A stretch of 35,359 nt of DNA, taken from NCBI GenBank assembly GCA_013115125.1, contig JABANN010000052.1:62001-97359 (forward strand), written 5' to 3'. The notes beneath the pieces were generated by a model. That model had not been told where the DNA came from, did no database searches, and saw only the letters and a list, made by a program, of their open reading frames with translations. Both the position numbers and the translations under genes were made by a program. The DNA is from Perkinsus olseni (taxonomy: Eukaryota). Shown piece after piece: positions 10,287-21,166 of this stretch; positions within the stretch are counted from its first letter, which is position 1, and every line of letters begins with the position of its first letter.

Positions 10287-10996
10287 TCATTCAAGCAAAT
10301 ATGCAGAGAACCTGCTACTGACGGTCCTCGCTATATGCCGGCCGTAGGGCACATAGGACAGGGAGTACCATATAATGGCACCACACTGAGTAATAACTAG
10401 CACCACGATCAAGAGTCGCTCCTCAGGCCACTTGAAGCAGACTACCAATGTAATGATCATCGTCGTGAAGTATCTGAGGCGTCCGTTGCCTGAATCCGTA
10501 CTCACTCCGTAACCCACATCAAAGCTGCCCAGGCCCGATGCTTCTGGCTCATACTCCGCCACTGCCGCACGGGGCCGACGAGGAAGACAGTCGAGCCCAA
10601 TTCACAAAGGTTCCCTATCGTGTAACTGGGGACCGCCCTATGTGCTAAAATGATCTCGAAGATTCAACCTTCATTACGTGAGTGCGAACCGGAGTGGCTT
10701 GCCCAGCATGAGCCATTTCAGAGAGCCCATGGAGGCAATCGTCATGAGCAGCCCTACTGAGAAGCAGACGGCCCACCCTATAACCTGACCACCGACCAGA
10801 GGCTTTCCATTCAACAGACGACGGGCCTACCGACCCGCTGCTTTAAAGTTAAATCAGGGCAGATGTAGTCAATGAGTCCATCATCCTCCGCAGCCTCGGG
10901 GTCGTCCTGGCCAACGCTGGTGGACAGCTGCGGCAGGCTGAAGCTGGGCCACCAGCCTGTTGGAACTACTCCCGAGGGAGTCCCACTGGGCGGCAT
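10287..10996 (-). CDS. SFT2: SFT2/Got1-family vesicle transport membrane protein, multi-exon
   Basis: Spliced pieces read CPDLTLKQR|VIGWAVCFSVG...GKPLRFA, YTIGNLCELGSTVFLVGPVRQW and ITQCGAIIWYSLSYVPYGR. WYSLSYxPYGR and FLVGPxxQ are SFT2 family signatures. Confidence 0.88.
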
Positions 10997-11969
10997 GGTT
11001 TGAGAAAACCTTGTTATACAGTAAGATTGGGAAGAAGAACCACCGATGAGTCCTGGCCCACCACTGGCTCACGTTTAGAACTACCCTACATCGCACAGCC
11101 TAGGGGAGCGGGAGATCCGGGGCCAACAAAGACCGCATATCGACGTGAATAACGGGTACATAGAGGTCGGATATTTGATGGTCAGTTAATCCCCCACGGC
11201 GGTCGTTGAAGCGCTTCATGCAACTGCAGGAAGGAACGACGCAAGGTGGTGGTGGCGACCGGTGGTATTGAGAAGGCGCCCCTTCTATCGGGGTGTCATA
11301 ATCAATACCTGAGGTACTTCCCTAGCTGAAGCTGACAATTTCCTACGAATTTTATGCCGTGTATTTTAAGATAATTTGGCACGTTTTTCGAGGGACCTTC
11401 CCGAGATCTCAGCACTCATGGAGAGTTGTGGTCGAAAACCTGGCAGCGGTATATTCACTGAAGATTCTTCACTAAGAAACCAGACACTCCCTCCACGTTT
11501 CGCCTTGTAATTTTCACAAGTCGGAGCTAGCGGCGAGAAAAGTCGGATATTCTAAGAATTTTCGGAGGCCTGTATCATGAGGTAAGTTGATGTGGTCGCC
11601 AGTAGACTGAACGCAATGCAGTATCGGGGGCACTTCGCGGCCACAGGGCCCGGGTTCAGCCATCTGGGATTCATGCCTGTCTTTCTGGTTGCCTCCGGGA
11701 GTCTTGTGTGAGTCAGTGCTGCGCAACGCCAAAGATTTGATGAGCAATCCGAAGGGCTCCTTCCTCCTTCCCACGGAAGTGTTTTAGAGTGATCTGCAGC
11801 CTGCATCCATGCGAGGCCCGTCTCGCTCGTAATCGTTTCATATTTGGAGCTACCGGTGGAGGCCGAATCTCATCGCAGTATGAAGTCTTGAGACATTCTT
11901 CACGCAACGCAGGAGTACCTCCGGGAACAACATCAACACACACTTAATCTTTTTACACTTGATAGCAGC

Positions 11970-13529
11970 TTAATCGGTATCCATGAGCATTTCTTGTGGC
12001 TTTCTGAGACTATCCTCGTATTGCCGGCAGATGCCCTTGCTCAGCTGCTCGCAAATATCCTTCTCCGAAACATCCGTCGGGAACTGGGATGATAGTAAGT
12101 TCCTCTGTAAATCGTAGAACACCGTCAGACACGGCACGCGGAAGGCTCTGGTGTTGAAATCTCGCATTGGGTCCGCCCGCAGGGTTGCTTCAAAATTGCT
12201 TCCCTTCGAAACTCCTATAATGTGCTCGTTATTTCTGAGGAGGAGGCGTAGTGACTACACGTCAACCTCTTCCGAACTTCGGAATTCGGAGAGGACTAGG
12301 AACCCATCGATAATGGCATCAGATTCTATCTCAGGCTAAGAGATTGGGTATCGGGTAGGGATGCATCTAGTAGACGAGTCGATGAGGCCTCACGTCTGGC
12401 TGATGGATTCTAATAACTGATCAGCGATGAGGCCTAATACTACGGCTAAGCACAGCATAATTAAATTCGAATTAGGCTCACACTGGGAATTCGAAAGGGC
12501 GAGCCAGCACCAATATACTGTGACCAGTTCGCTCACTATGTAGTGACAACAACAAGGAGATGATGTATCAGTATTTCAGTTTCAGCTAGCATCCAGTTGC
12601 AGGGGTCCCCGGGCTCTCGTCATGCTAGCTGAAATTTCAGCTACGGCTCGTGGCCCTTGAGTCGAGTTGGTGTCCCGCGCATGAACTCGGATGAGAAGAA
12701 TCGGGTGTTTTTGTCTGCGTGAACGAAAGTGCTGAGGGCGTTGCCAACGACGACACCTGCAGGATAATCGGAATCCCACTTACATAATATAATCGCTCCC
12801 ATCGCAGGTTACAGTCAGGTACTGCAGGGTACCATCAATACCCTCTACGAACTTGGTGACATAAGTAAGGCTGGATGAGGGAGTGAATGTTAAGGTACAC
12901 GTAGCCGTGTGAATATTCTGTCCTTCGGAAACTTCGGTAGCGGCACGCTGGAAAGCCCCACATCCTCCATCCTGAGACCGGTGAGAATCTCCTGATACCA
13001 CAGGGTGATTACCCTGTCCTACCATCCCTACCGCGTCAGCTCACCACGACGCTTATCGTCGATAATGAACTCGATAAGTCATCGAGTTTATTATTAATAG
13101 TGATTCGTAATGCACTCAATATTGAATCATTATGCACGTATCATAAATTTACTGTGACAGTACAACTATCGCTTCTCCACAGGGAAGATTCTACGCAGCC
13201 AACGGTATTACCTTCATGGATGAACCCGGGGATGAGTCGGGCTCAAATTCGAACATCAGCCGCTTGCCTTGGGGCGAGTTCAAGTCGACCCTCTTGCGCT
13301 TCCGTGTGGCTTTCACGGGAGTACTTGTCCCTTCACCTGTTCCTCTCCGTGTTGCGCCATCTGCCTCGGCTCGGTCACGAAGCATCTGATGCTTTTCGTG
13401 GGAGTCGGCCGGTGCCGTGCAGTCGGTCTCCATGGCCTGTCCATCACTCCCTGGTGGAATGACCGCTGCTCCGTATACATGCGCTAGGTGAATCATCGAC
13501 CCGATGATGACTGAAGTCACCCAGGTCAT
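11970..13529 (-). CDS. Possible lineage-specific secreted protein, multi-exon or degenerate; exon structure unresolved
   Basis: Signal-peptide-like MTWVTSVIIGSMIHLAHVYGAAV starts at 13529. Several minus-strand ORF blocks have plausible splice sites (about 13529-13210, 13028-12785 ending GTAAGT, and 12234-11970). No family motif recognised, and I could not join all blocks in frame. Confidence 0.3.
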
Positions 13530-14378
13530 TATGAAAAAGTGACACAATGCCTCGAGATACCCTCCTTTCGAGCGGCTTAATTGACGATGGACACTCTCCA
13601 GTGTCCTCCACAGAATTCTTATCCTCCTCAGCACGTGCGTGGTTGTTGCTCGAAGCCTCCGAGTGGAATTCCTCGTCTTCGAGTCGAAGGCACGGAATTA
13701 TTTCGCTTCGCTATTCGCTCGGATACACGTCGGAAAGGGCAGGTGCAAGTAACTTCAACTTTGCATCCCGTGCGGCCAATGGTTCGCGTCCTCGACACCT
13801 GAATCAACAGAGGAAGAGTAGCAAATGTTGGCCAAGCCGAATCGTCTTACACTATATAATTTCCTCCATCACAACCTGTGATAGAATCCTACAGACCTTC
13901 GCGGCAGCTGGTGATTCACAAGCTGCCGTCAAGGCCTGCAGGATTCCATGAGGTCCTTCCGCGGACTTGGCGACATCAGAATTGAAGTTCGACTTCTCGT
14001 CACTTCACTGTACGGGATCGAGGAGAGGGTGTCGTCTCGGAAGCCGTACATATATTGAAACGCGGAATGAAGCGAGCTCGATTTGCCTTCCTTCGCCCAA
14101 GCTAGAGCGGATTTGGCAGGGCGGATTTAGCAATAGGCATTGGGGCTACAGTTTGAGGGCAGTTGCAGGTTTGAATAGGAGACCCTCAGGAAACCGGCCT
14201 TTCTGCATGGCTCTTGATACATTCTGGTCTCAAAAGGACTGTCCTGTCTTTGTCTCTCATGTCACGTTGTGCTGTGTGAGGAGGGCGTTCAGAGCACTAG
14301 CTGGGTGCCGCTAGCGAGTATGGCTGCTCAGTTTGGCCCAGAGCTGATAATAACAACCTCGTCCTCCGCTCTTTCGCC

Positions 14379-17081
14379 ATGTCCGCAGCTCTCGGCATCA
14401 AGCCAGCAATCCTGGATCCAGTGGCTCAGACCACTACTCTAGTCGACTACCCCGGACGGGCTGAACGCTTCCTCCCCGGCACGTCCCTGCTACGGTGTCG
14501 GATATCCCCTTCAAATCCGCACATACTGGTCGTTGCGGGTGTACTCGCCGCCGTCGATATACCCAGCATTGTTATCTGGTCCGTCCCTATAGATGACCCG
14601 ACTAAAGCGACGCATGAGATTGCCATCCCTCTCACCAGCCCGACGGTCACCAGTCTCGACATCTCACCGGACTGCCGCTCAGTCATGGTTGTTGTTACGT
14701 CGCACGACCGAAGCGAAGAGTCGGCCATTTTGGTATCGTCCGGGGTCACCTTGCCCGACTCGGGTAACCCCCAGTCTGCCTCTAGAACTCCGGGGTCTTC
14801 CTCTTGTGGGGGCTCATCGGTTGGGTCGAAGCTCACACCGCAGTCGACCGAATCTCGGCCGTGCCTTCAGTCGGAAGTGGTCGTCTGGGTCGAGCTGGCC
14901 GGTGGTCTGCCTGAGCCACCAACCGCCATAGCATGGATCGAGTACAGCCCGTTGGTCGTATCCTCGGGAAAAGCTTTCCAGGAGGAGCCCGTGACCTACA
15001 TCTGTATGGGGTTCCTCACCGGCGAGGTAACCCTCATCGATGCCGATGGCGCCGACGGTGGCAGCGTCGAGTCTCAGTTCAACTGCCGAATGCCGGTCAC
15101 CAACATCGAAGTCATTCCGATACAGGGCGGACCTCCGATCCTCCTGGTCCACCTCAGTGCCTCGCCGTGCTTCTTTCTGCTCATGACTGCCGTGGATGGC
15201 CATACTGGGGTCCTCAGGCTGGAGGCCCAAGTACTGCCCTTACCCTGCCCCGACCCAAGATCGGTCAGGTTCTTCTCGGATAACGATGCTTGGTACATCT
15301 CTACGCTCTCCAACTGTGGCTGTTACGTCTACATGTCCATCCTCCCCGAGGGTGACTCCACCGCTGCTGTCACGCCGGTCGCGCGCATACCCACGGCTTC
15401 GCTCATCCCCATCAGTGACCACTGCCTGGTGAGCTCCAGTCACGACAGCAGCCAGCGGAGAAGCATTTTGGTGGCGAGTCTCGGCGGGAGTGTTGCTTTG
15501 ATGACCGCAAGTGCCGCTGGTTGCGACAATATCGTCCTGGCTGTCGTTCCATACGGCCCTAGTCCGACGGTGAGGCTGCTGGCTCCGACCACCGGGGAGT
15601 TTCTCACGCTCTCCAGTTTGTGCTTTGCTACAGTGTCCCCGGCCACCTTGTACCGATTAGAGTTTCAAGACCGGGAAAGGATACAGGCTGCCGTCGAGGC
15701 CTGCGTGACCAGGGCCGCGGTAGAATGCTTACCGAGGAGTACCCAGGGCAGTGGCTCCCGCCAGTTCTTTGACACTGGCTTCCCACTTATGTGCCAGGCC
15801 CTTAGTGATTTGGTTGATCTAGACGATATCTGTCTATCAGCTGGCCTGAGGGTCATGGACACTCCAGACCACAGCCCGTACGAGAGGCTTTCCTGTTGCC
15901 TGCTCATATGGCGGCAGCGCTACTCATCCAAGCCCGTGCCCTTCCCGGTGATGAGAGCGTTGTTGCTGCATGTGGGGGCGCAGTCTGGGGGAGGAGGAGT
16001 TGGGGTGTCGTCGGACAATGTCACACCGGAGGGCCTCGGTAATTATCGATTACTAGTCGATGGCTTTGAGCCCATCATCCCGTTCGAGTACTTTGTCGGC
16101 GTCATCTCGCCGGACGGGAGAGCCCTGCAAAAACCCGGTATCTTCAACGACCATTGGGGTCCTGGCTCAGACCTCGGATCAGGAGGGATGCAAACCCATC
16201 CAACTCGCCGTCTGTGGATCCTTGAGCTGACACTGGGTATGCTACTTGGCCGTCAAGTGACCTCGGCGTTCGTCATCCAATGGCTCGATAAGATCGAGGC
16301 GAGGCCGATGGTCTATAGCTCCAGTCGAAGAGGGTTCCGGCTGCTCGTCGAGCACGCCCTGCGGGATTTTAGGCTGACCTGGTCTGATGTGGCGGAGGTC
16401 GCCAAGAGCCTCGGTACCCGGCTAGGAGGAATCCCCGAGACGGTCGCAAGGTTCGTCGGACTGCCTCCTGGCTGTGACGTCGGGGTCCCTGTGATTCTCG
16501 CCGTTCTAGCCAGTACCTGCGCTCTGGGGGAGTGGAGGTCGGCGGAGAAGGACACGGTAGGGTTGGTAAAGCGAGTAGGGGAGACTGTGGAGAAGTGTTG
16601 GATCGCACCAGGCTTGTCCTGGTCTCGTCACTCGGACTGCCTCCTTGCTGTGCTACGGCTCATGCGTAGAGTCTGGGAGTTGATCATGGTAGCCCGGGAG
16701 GCCCAGCTGGAATCTTTGGAGATCAAACCGGTGATGAAGAAACTTCCGGAAAGTGACTGCGAACTGCACTTTAAGAGAATTTTGAAAACCATGGAGGACC
16801 GGGTCGATCAGATGACTGGGGTGGGCGGCTCGGCGTGGACGAGTTCAGAGGACGGCCTCTATCGAATAGCCAACCAGGCTCGATGGTTGATGCAGGATAA
16901 TGGCGGCTCGAAAGAGGACTTCATTCGGATACAATTGGACGAAGATCTAGGAGTCCTGAGGAAGCTGGCGATGATCTTGAGGCGGGACGGAAGGCTATGG
17001 CGGGAGTTGCCTTGGAGTCAGCGATTTCGACTCCGCCTGATCAGGGAGGTGGTGGGTGGTGATGGCTTTCGCGGTGCATGA
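14379..17081 (+). CDS. Hypothetical 900-aa protein, predicted N-terminal beta-propeller plus helical C-terminal region
   Basis: Uninterrupted 2.7-kb ATG-initiated ORF. WD40-like strands include VTSLDISPDCRSVMVV, PTAIAW and ICMGFLTGEVTLID. The second half is Leu-rich and helical. No family confidently recognised. Confidence 0.75.
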   Translation: MSAALGIKPAILDPVAQTTTLVDYPGRAERFLPGTSLLRCRISPSNPHILVVAGVLAAVDIPSIVIWSVPIDDPTKATHEIAIPLTSPTVTSLDISPDCRSVMVVVTSHDRSEESAILVSSGVTLPDSGNPQSASRTPGSSSCGGSSVGSKLTPQSTESRPCLQSEVVVWVELAGGLPEPPTAIAWIEYSPLVVSSGKAFQEEPVTYICMGFLTGEVTLIDADGADGGSVESQFNCRMPVTNIEVIPIQGGPPILLVHLSASPCFFLLMTAVDGHTGVLRLEAQVLPLPCPDPRSVRFFSDNDAWYISTLSNCGCYVYMSILPEGDSTAAVTPVARIPTASLIPISDHCLVSSSHDSSQRRSILVASLGGSVALMTASAAGCDNIVLAVVPYGPSPTVRLLAPTTGEFLTLSSLCFATVSPATLYRLEFQDRERIQAAVEACVTRAAVECLPRSTQGSGSRQFFDTGFPLMCQALSDLVDLDDICLSAGLRVMDTPDHSPYERLSCCLLIWRQRYSSKPVPFPVMRALLLHVGAQSGGGGVGVSSDNVTPEGLGNYRLLVDGFEPIIPFEYFVGVISPDGRALQKPGIFNDHWGPGSDLGSGGMQTHPTRRLWILELTLGMLLGRQVTSAFVIQWLDKIEARPMVYSSSRRGFRLLVEHALRDFRLTWSDVAEVAKSLGTRLGGIPETVARFVGLPPGCDVGVPVILAVLASTCALGEWRSAEKDTVGLVKRVGETVEKCWIAPGLSWSRHSDCLLAVLRLMRRVWELIMVAREAQLESLEIKPVMKKLPESDCELHFKRILKTMEDRVDQMTGVGGSAWTSSEDGLYRIANQARWLMQDNGGSKEDFIRIQLDEDLGVLRKLAMILRRDGRLWRELPWSQRFRLRLIREVVGGDGFRGA

Positions 17082-17438
17082 TGACGCTAGCCATGAGAGC
17101 ATGCTTATTGTGTTTCATTCGTCTCTGCCCGGCGTTGAATTGCAGTCGTGGGAGAAGGTCTAGGTGCACACGGTGAGTATCTTCAAGGCGGCGCTCCTCA
17201 CCGTAGCGCGCTCGCGCGGAAAACAGAGGCTGGCCCTCCGCTAACTATGAGGGATAGGACTGTCCACAGTGCTTTTCCCGATGAATGATGCTGGATAATG
17301 CCCTAGTTGATGCCAACGGTTGTTGCTTGCCAACACAACTCTCTCCCATACCCGAGAACGACAAGGTACTGGGCTACAGGGGTCTTATGACAGTTGACGG
17401 TGTTGTGTAAGGTTAAGCACAAACTTTTCCTGGAACAG

Positions 17439-20158
17439 GAGCAGCGATACAGCTGGAACAGCCAGAGTCGGCATTGGAGCGAGTTCGTGAGGGCCTGGCG
17501 GGTAGCCCACGCGCGGGTTGGCCGTGATGGGGGCTCCTGTTGTCGGCCCTCAGGAGCGGTGTCCCGAGCCCAAGAGTTCAGAGGCCTTTCGTCAGTGGAT
17601 GGACGACACGAAAAGGTGCTATCAGATTCTCTGTGCGGGATGGGAACGTCGGGAGAGCGAGGAGTCAGGCTTCGCCGTGGATATTCGGTGAGCAATATCC
17701 TGGTCAGTCGAGTGATGATATCCGTCTCCTTATCGCAGCTTACCACCCGAAATCGGTGGCGAGCCAAGCCGACCCGCCAACATCATTACGACTTCAACTG
17801 ATGTACGCGCTGCTACAGAAGCCGAACCCTGCATGGCATAGCGTGGCCAGATATCTTTGCTGCGCCTCTCGACCGACAGCGTACCAACGGGGGCAGTCTC
17901 AGAGGCTTCCCCGATGCCCCGAGGAAGGCGCAGCGCGGCGAGGTCGAGTGGGATGTACTCGTCGTTGAGCGCGGAGTTCCTGGCCGACCTCGAGAGTCTG
18001 GTAGAGCGCTTACAGCTATCAGCTCTATCATGTTGCCTTACAGGCAGATTCTATCCAAGGCGGGTTCCGCCCGTCCGAGTGGCCGACCTCCACGCCGTCC
18101 ACCGATGCCCCGGCAGCCTCCGGTGATGGTGAGAATGTCAGCGTGAGTTTACCTACGGCCTCTTCGTGCACACCAGTCGACGGCCTGTCAGTCCAACAGC
18201 AACGCCTCCAGCGACATCGGAAACACGGCAGTTCTGTTCTCGCCCCCGACATCCTCTTCTCCAGCGTCCTCTGAATTCCAAAGTTATCGATCCAGCCTCG
18301 CCGTTGATGAGACGGCTGGCCAGGTGCTGGAGCGTCCCAATCCTGGGGTCTCGGCTCCTGCGTTACACGTGGACCGCCTCAGACCGGGCAGCGACGATCG
18401 GCAGCCAGCGACCTGTCGATTTCGCCGAGCTCCACACAATCATTGTCCCGAGAGAATGACGTGGAGGCAGCCAATATCAGTCAAGTGAGTCCATCTGCCT
18501 AGTGCCCTTCGACCAGGCTACCTCCGCTCTTGACAGCTGGTCGCGGCCATGGAATCCTCGGAGAACTCGACGGGACAGGGCAGAGTCTCGACAACCCCTA
18601 CCAACAAGGTGCGTCGCTGGGTTGTGGTCAAGACTGCTCGAGGGACCCTGGCCAGGAGCATGGCGCAGACGGTGACACGGTCCAGGACGAGTCTCCTATC
18701 TTGCCCCAGCGGACGCCGCTCGTAGAGTCCGATCTCGACGATCTGGAGTGCGAGTCCTTAGTCATTCTCGGTGCCAGTAGGAGGGCTCTCGAACCCCGCC
18801 TCCCGTCTTCCCGTCGTTGACTCAGGCTTCGGTAGCGGTTCGGGTCCGCTCTCATCGTCCTCCGGTCGGCGGAAGGGGACACTGGACTTCATACTCCACC
18901 GCACACCTCTCGAGTCCATCTCTGAAGAACTGGAGGAGGCCGAGTCCGATCCAGTCGAAGTCACGCGTGAGCTCGCGACGGAGGCGTCTTTGCAGGCATC
19001 AGTGAAGCTCAGGGCAGGAGTCCAATAGCTTCCCCCTCAATCGAGTTGTCACTCCGGACAAGGACGGGAGCAGGCACGGGCAGGATGAATTGCTGGTCGT
19101 TCGGGTCAACTCGGCATTCTCTTCGGCAGCCAGCTCTCCGGTCGCGCCCTCTGGAGGGACCCAGTCGGATAAGACCGACGCAGACGGCGATGCCGTTTCC
19201 TCGGCGGTGGGGCAACACGGCTCGGAGAGAGAGCTTTTCCCGGCACAACGCGAGGATTCGTCGGAACCTCGTGGAACGGAGCATCTCACAGCCGCCTCTG
19301 CTGATTACCTAGCGCGAGAATCTGATGAGAAGTTGGGCTTGGATGACCTCAAGGTCGGGGAGGCTCGGGATGGGCAGCAGCCAGATACAGCGGGCGGAGC
19401 TGTTACAACGGGATTGCACCTTGAAGGTGACTGGCAAGGCTCAGCGGCCGAACAGCAGTCGATAGCGAGTGTTACGGAGGAGATTAACCTGTCGTCGGGA
19501 GACAGCACCACCACAGAGGACGAACGGGAGTGCTCATCCAACGACGATGCGGCTTCCGAGTCGTCTTCGGAGAGTCCTGCTGGCAACTCAGATGATCTGA
19601 GCGGTAAGCTAGGATGGAAGCTTCTCAGTTGCACTCCTTGATACTCTCAGGAATCGACGTCGTTAGTGATGGTGGAGAGGAAGCCCGAGAGGAACCACTT
19701 GGGTTGCGGTGCTGGTTCACGAGAGAGCGCTCTCCCAGTCCGTCACTCTCGCAACCAGACGAGCCTCGTGTTAGCAACGCTTTGGCGCTCGGTCATCGGC
19801 GTTCACGTTCTGCCGATTTGACAAATGCGCGGTGTCTGCAATCAACGTCTGTTGGTGGTGGTAACAGTTGGCAGCAGCCGCAGCACAGCATGAGTTCTCG
19901 GAGAGGCACAGCCATTCTCACGTCTGAGGAGAGGGAACTACTCAAAATACGCGAGGAGAGGGAGTCCATGCGCGATGAGATGCTGCGGAACCGGAGGTTC
20001 GCGGCCAGAATTTACAATGGGACTCGTCCTGCCCCTGTTGTACGGGCTTGCAACTGGTTAAGATTACCGATTTGTATCAGGTGCGGCAACTCCGCCCTAT
20101 TCGTCCGCAGACCAAGGCCTTAATTAAGGAGCAGCCGTTGCGTAACTTCCGCTTTTGA
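17439..20158 (+). CDS. Hypothetical multi-exon Ser/Glu-rich, largely disordered protein; 5' end uncertain
   Basis: The 3' part splices cleanly. ORF 19090-19603 ends at GTAAGC...CTCTCAG and continues GIDVVSDGG...TSEERELLKIREERESMRDEMLRNRRF...PAPV. A 41-nt intron (20040-20080) leads to VRQLRPIRPQTKALIKEQPLRNFRF*. Upstream exons are guesses. Confidence 0.5.
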
Positions 20159-21166
20159 CTGACGGGATTTTGACACATGCTGAAATGAAGCCTCCGACAC
20201 ATTTACATGGTTTCGATAATCCGTTTGGTTGATGCGTTGCTCTTGTGAGGGTCAGTTGGGTAAGCCGCTCAGCGAGGAGAGATGATTCGAGATCGCATGG
20301 CCTGAGCGCATCACAACTGGGCGTGGCATGGGCTGATACACTTCCAGCTTCGTCAGAGCTCCAATGAGGAGGGTTTTTCCTATAACGTCAAGACTTAATG
20401 CATTTCAAGTGTCCATCCCAGCCTCAGTATGGCATTCTGGAAGGACGGGGAAGGAACCTGCGGCAAGCTACATATGCTTAAGTGGAATTAATTCCGAGTC
20501 CGTGGCTCCAGACGAGATTAACTCCGTCAATACGAGTGTGCCGACAAAGAGATGAGTTTCGTCTGAATCCCGGGTTTGAAATCTACGCGATCTCCCACTT
20601 TTTATCTTGTGACACTCGTAGACCTACTAACCTAGAGTTGAGGGTTATCGGGAATTGGCGAGCGAGCTGTCAACCCTGATTCCTCACACTGCTGAGTTGA
20701 TGGGTTCATTTCCCGTGCCAATTTCGCTATCCCGGTTAACGCCAACAGCGTACAACCTGGAATGTCGCCACTTCGGCATGTCCCGTGGTCGCCAGCAAAT
20801 CTCGAAATTGACTCCCGCAACGGCGAAATTGTTGTCCTCGATCATGAAATTGATGGCCTTATTCGCGGAATAGAGCTCCGTATTCGTGGAGGCCCGCCGC
20901 TTGAGTGACTTTCTTATTCTCCAATTTGATACCCATTTACCACAGAACTGCTGTCTTTACTCGCTAACGTGATACCCTCAAGCGCTGTAATAACGATCTC
21001 ACCCTAGGCCGAATAGACTTCTGAATGGTAAGTCCGCCAGTCCATCAGCAACTATTCTACAACTACATCTCCCCTGAATCATTAACAACTAGGGACACGT
21101 AAAGGTTGCATATGCACAATACTTGGTAAAGAGTGGTATATACCAAAACGGCAGTAAGTCTAGGAG

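Noticed and set aside
20805-20856. Three copies of gaaattg spaced about 20 nt apart
   Set aside because: Too short and too few to distinguish from chance.
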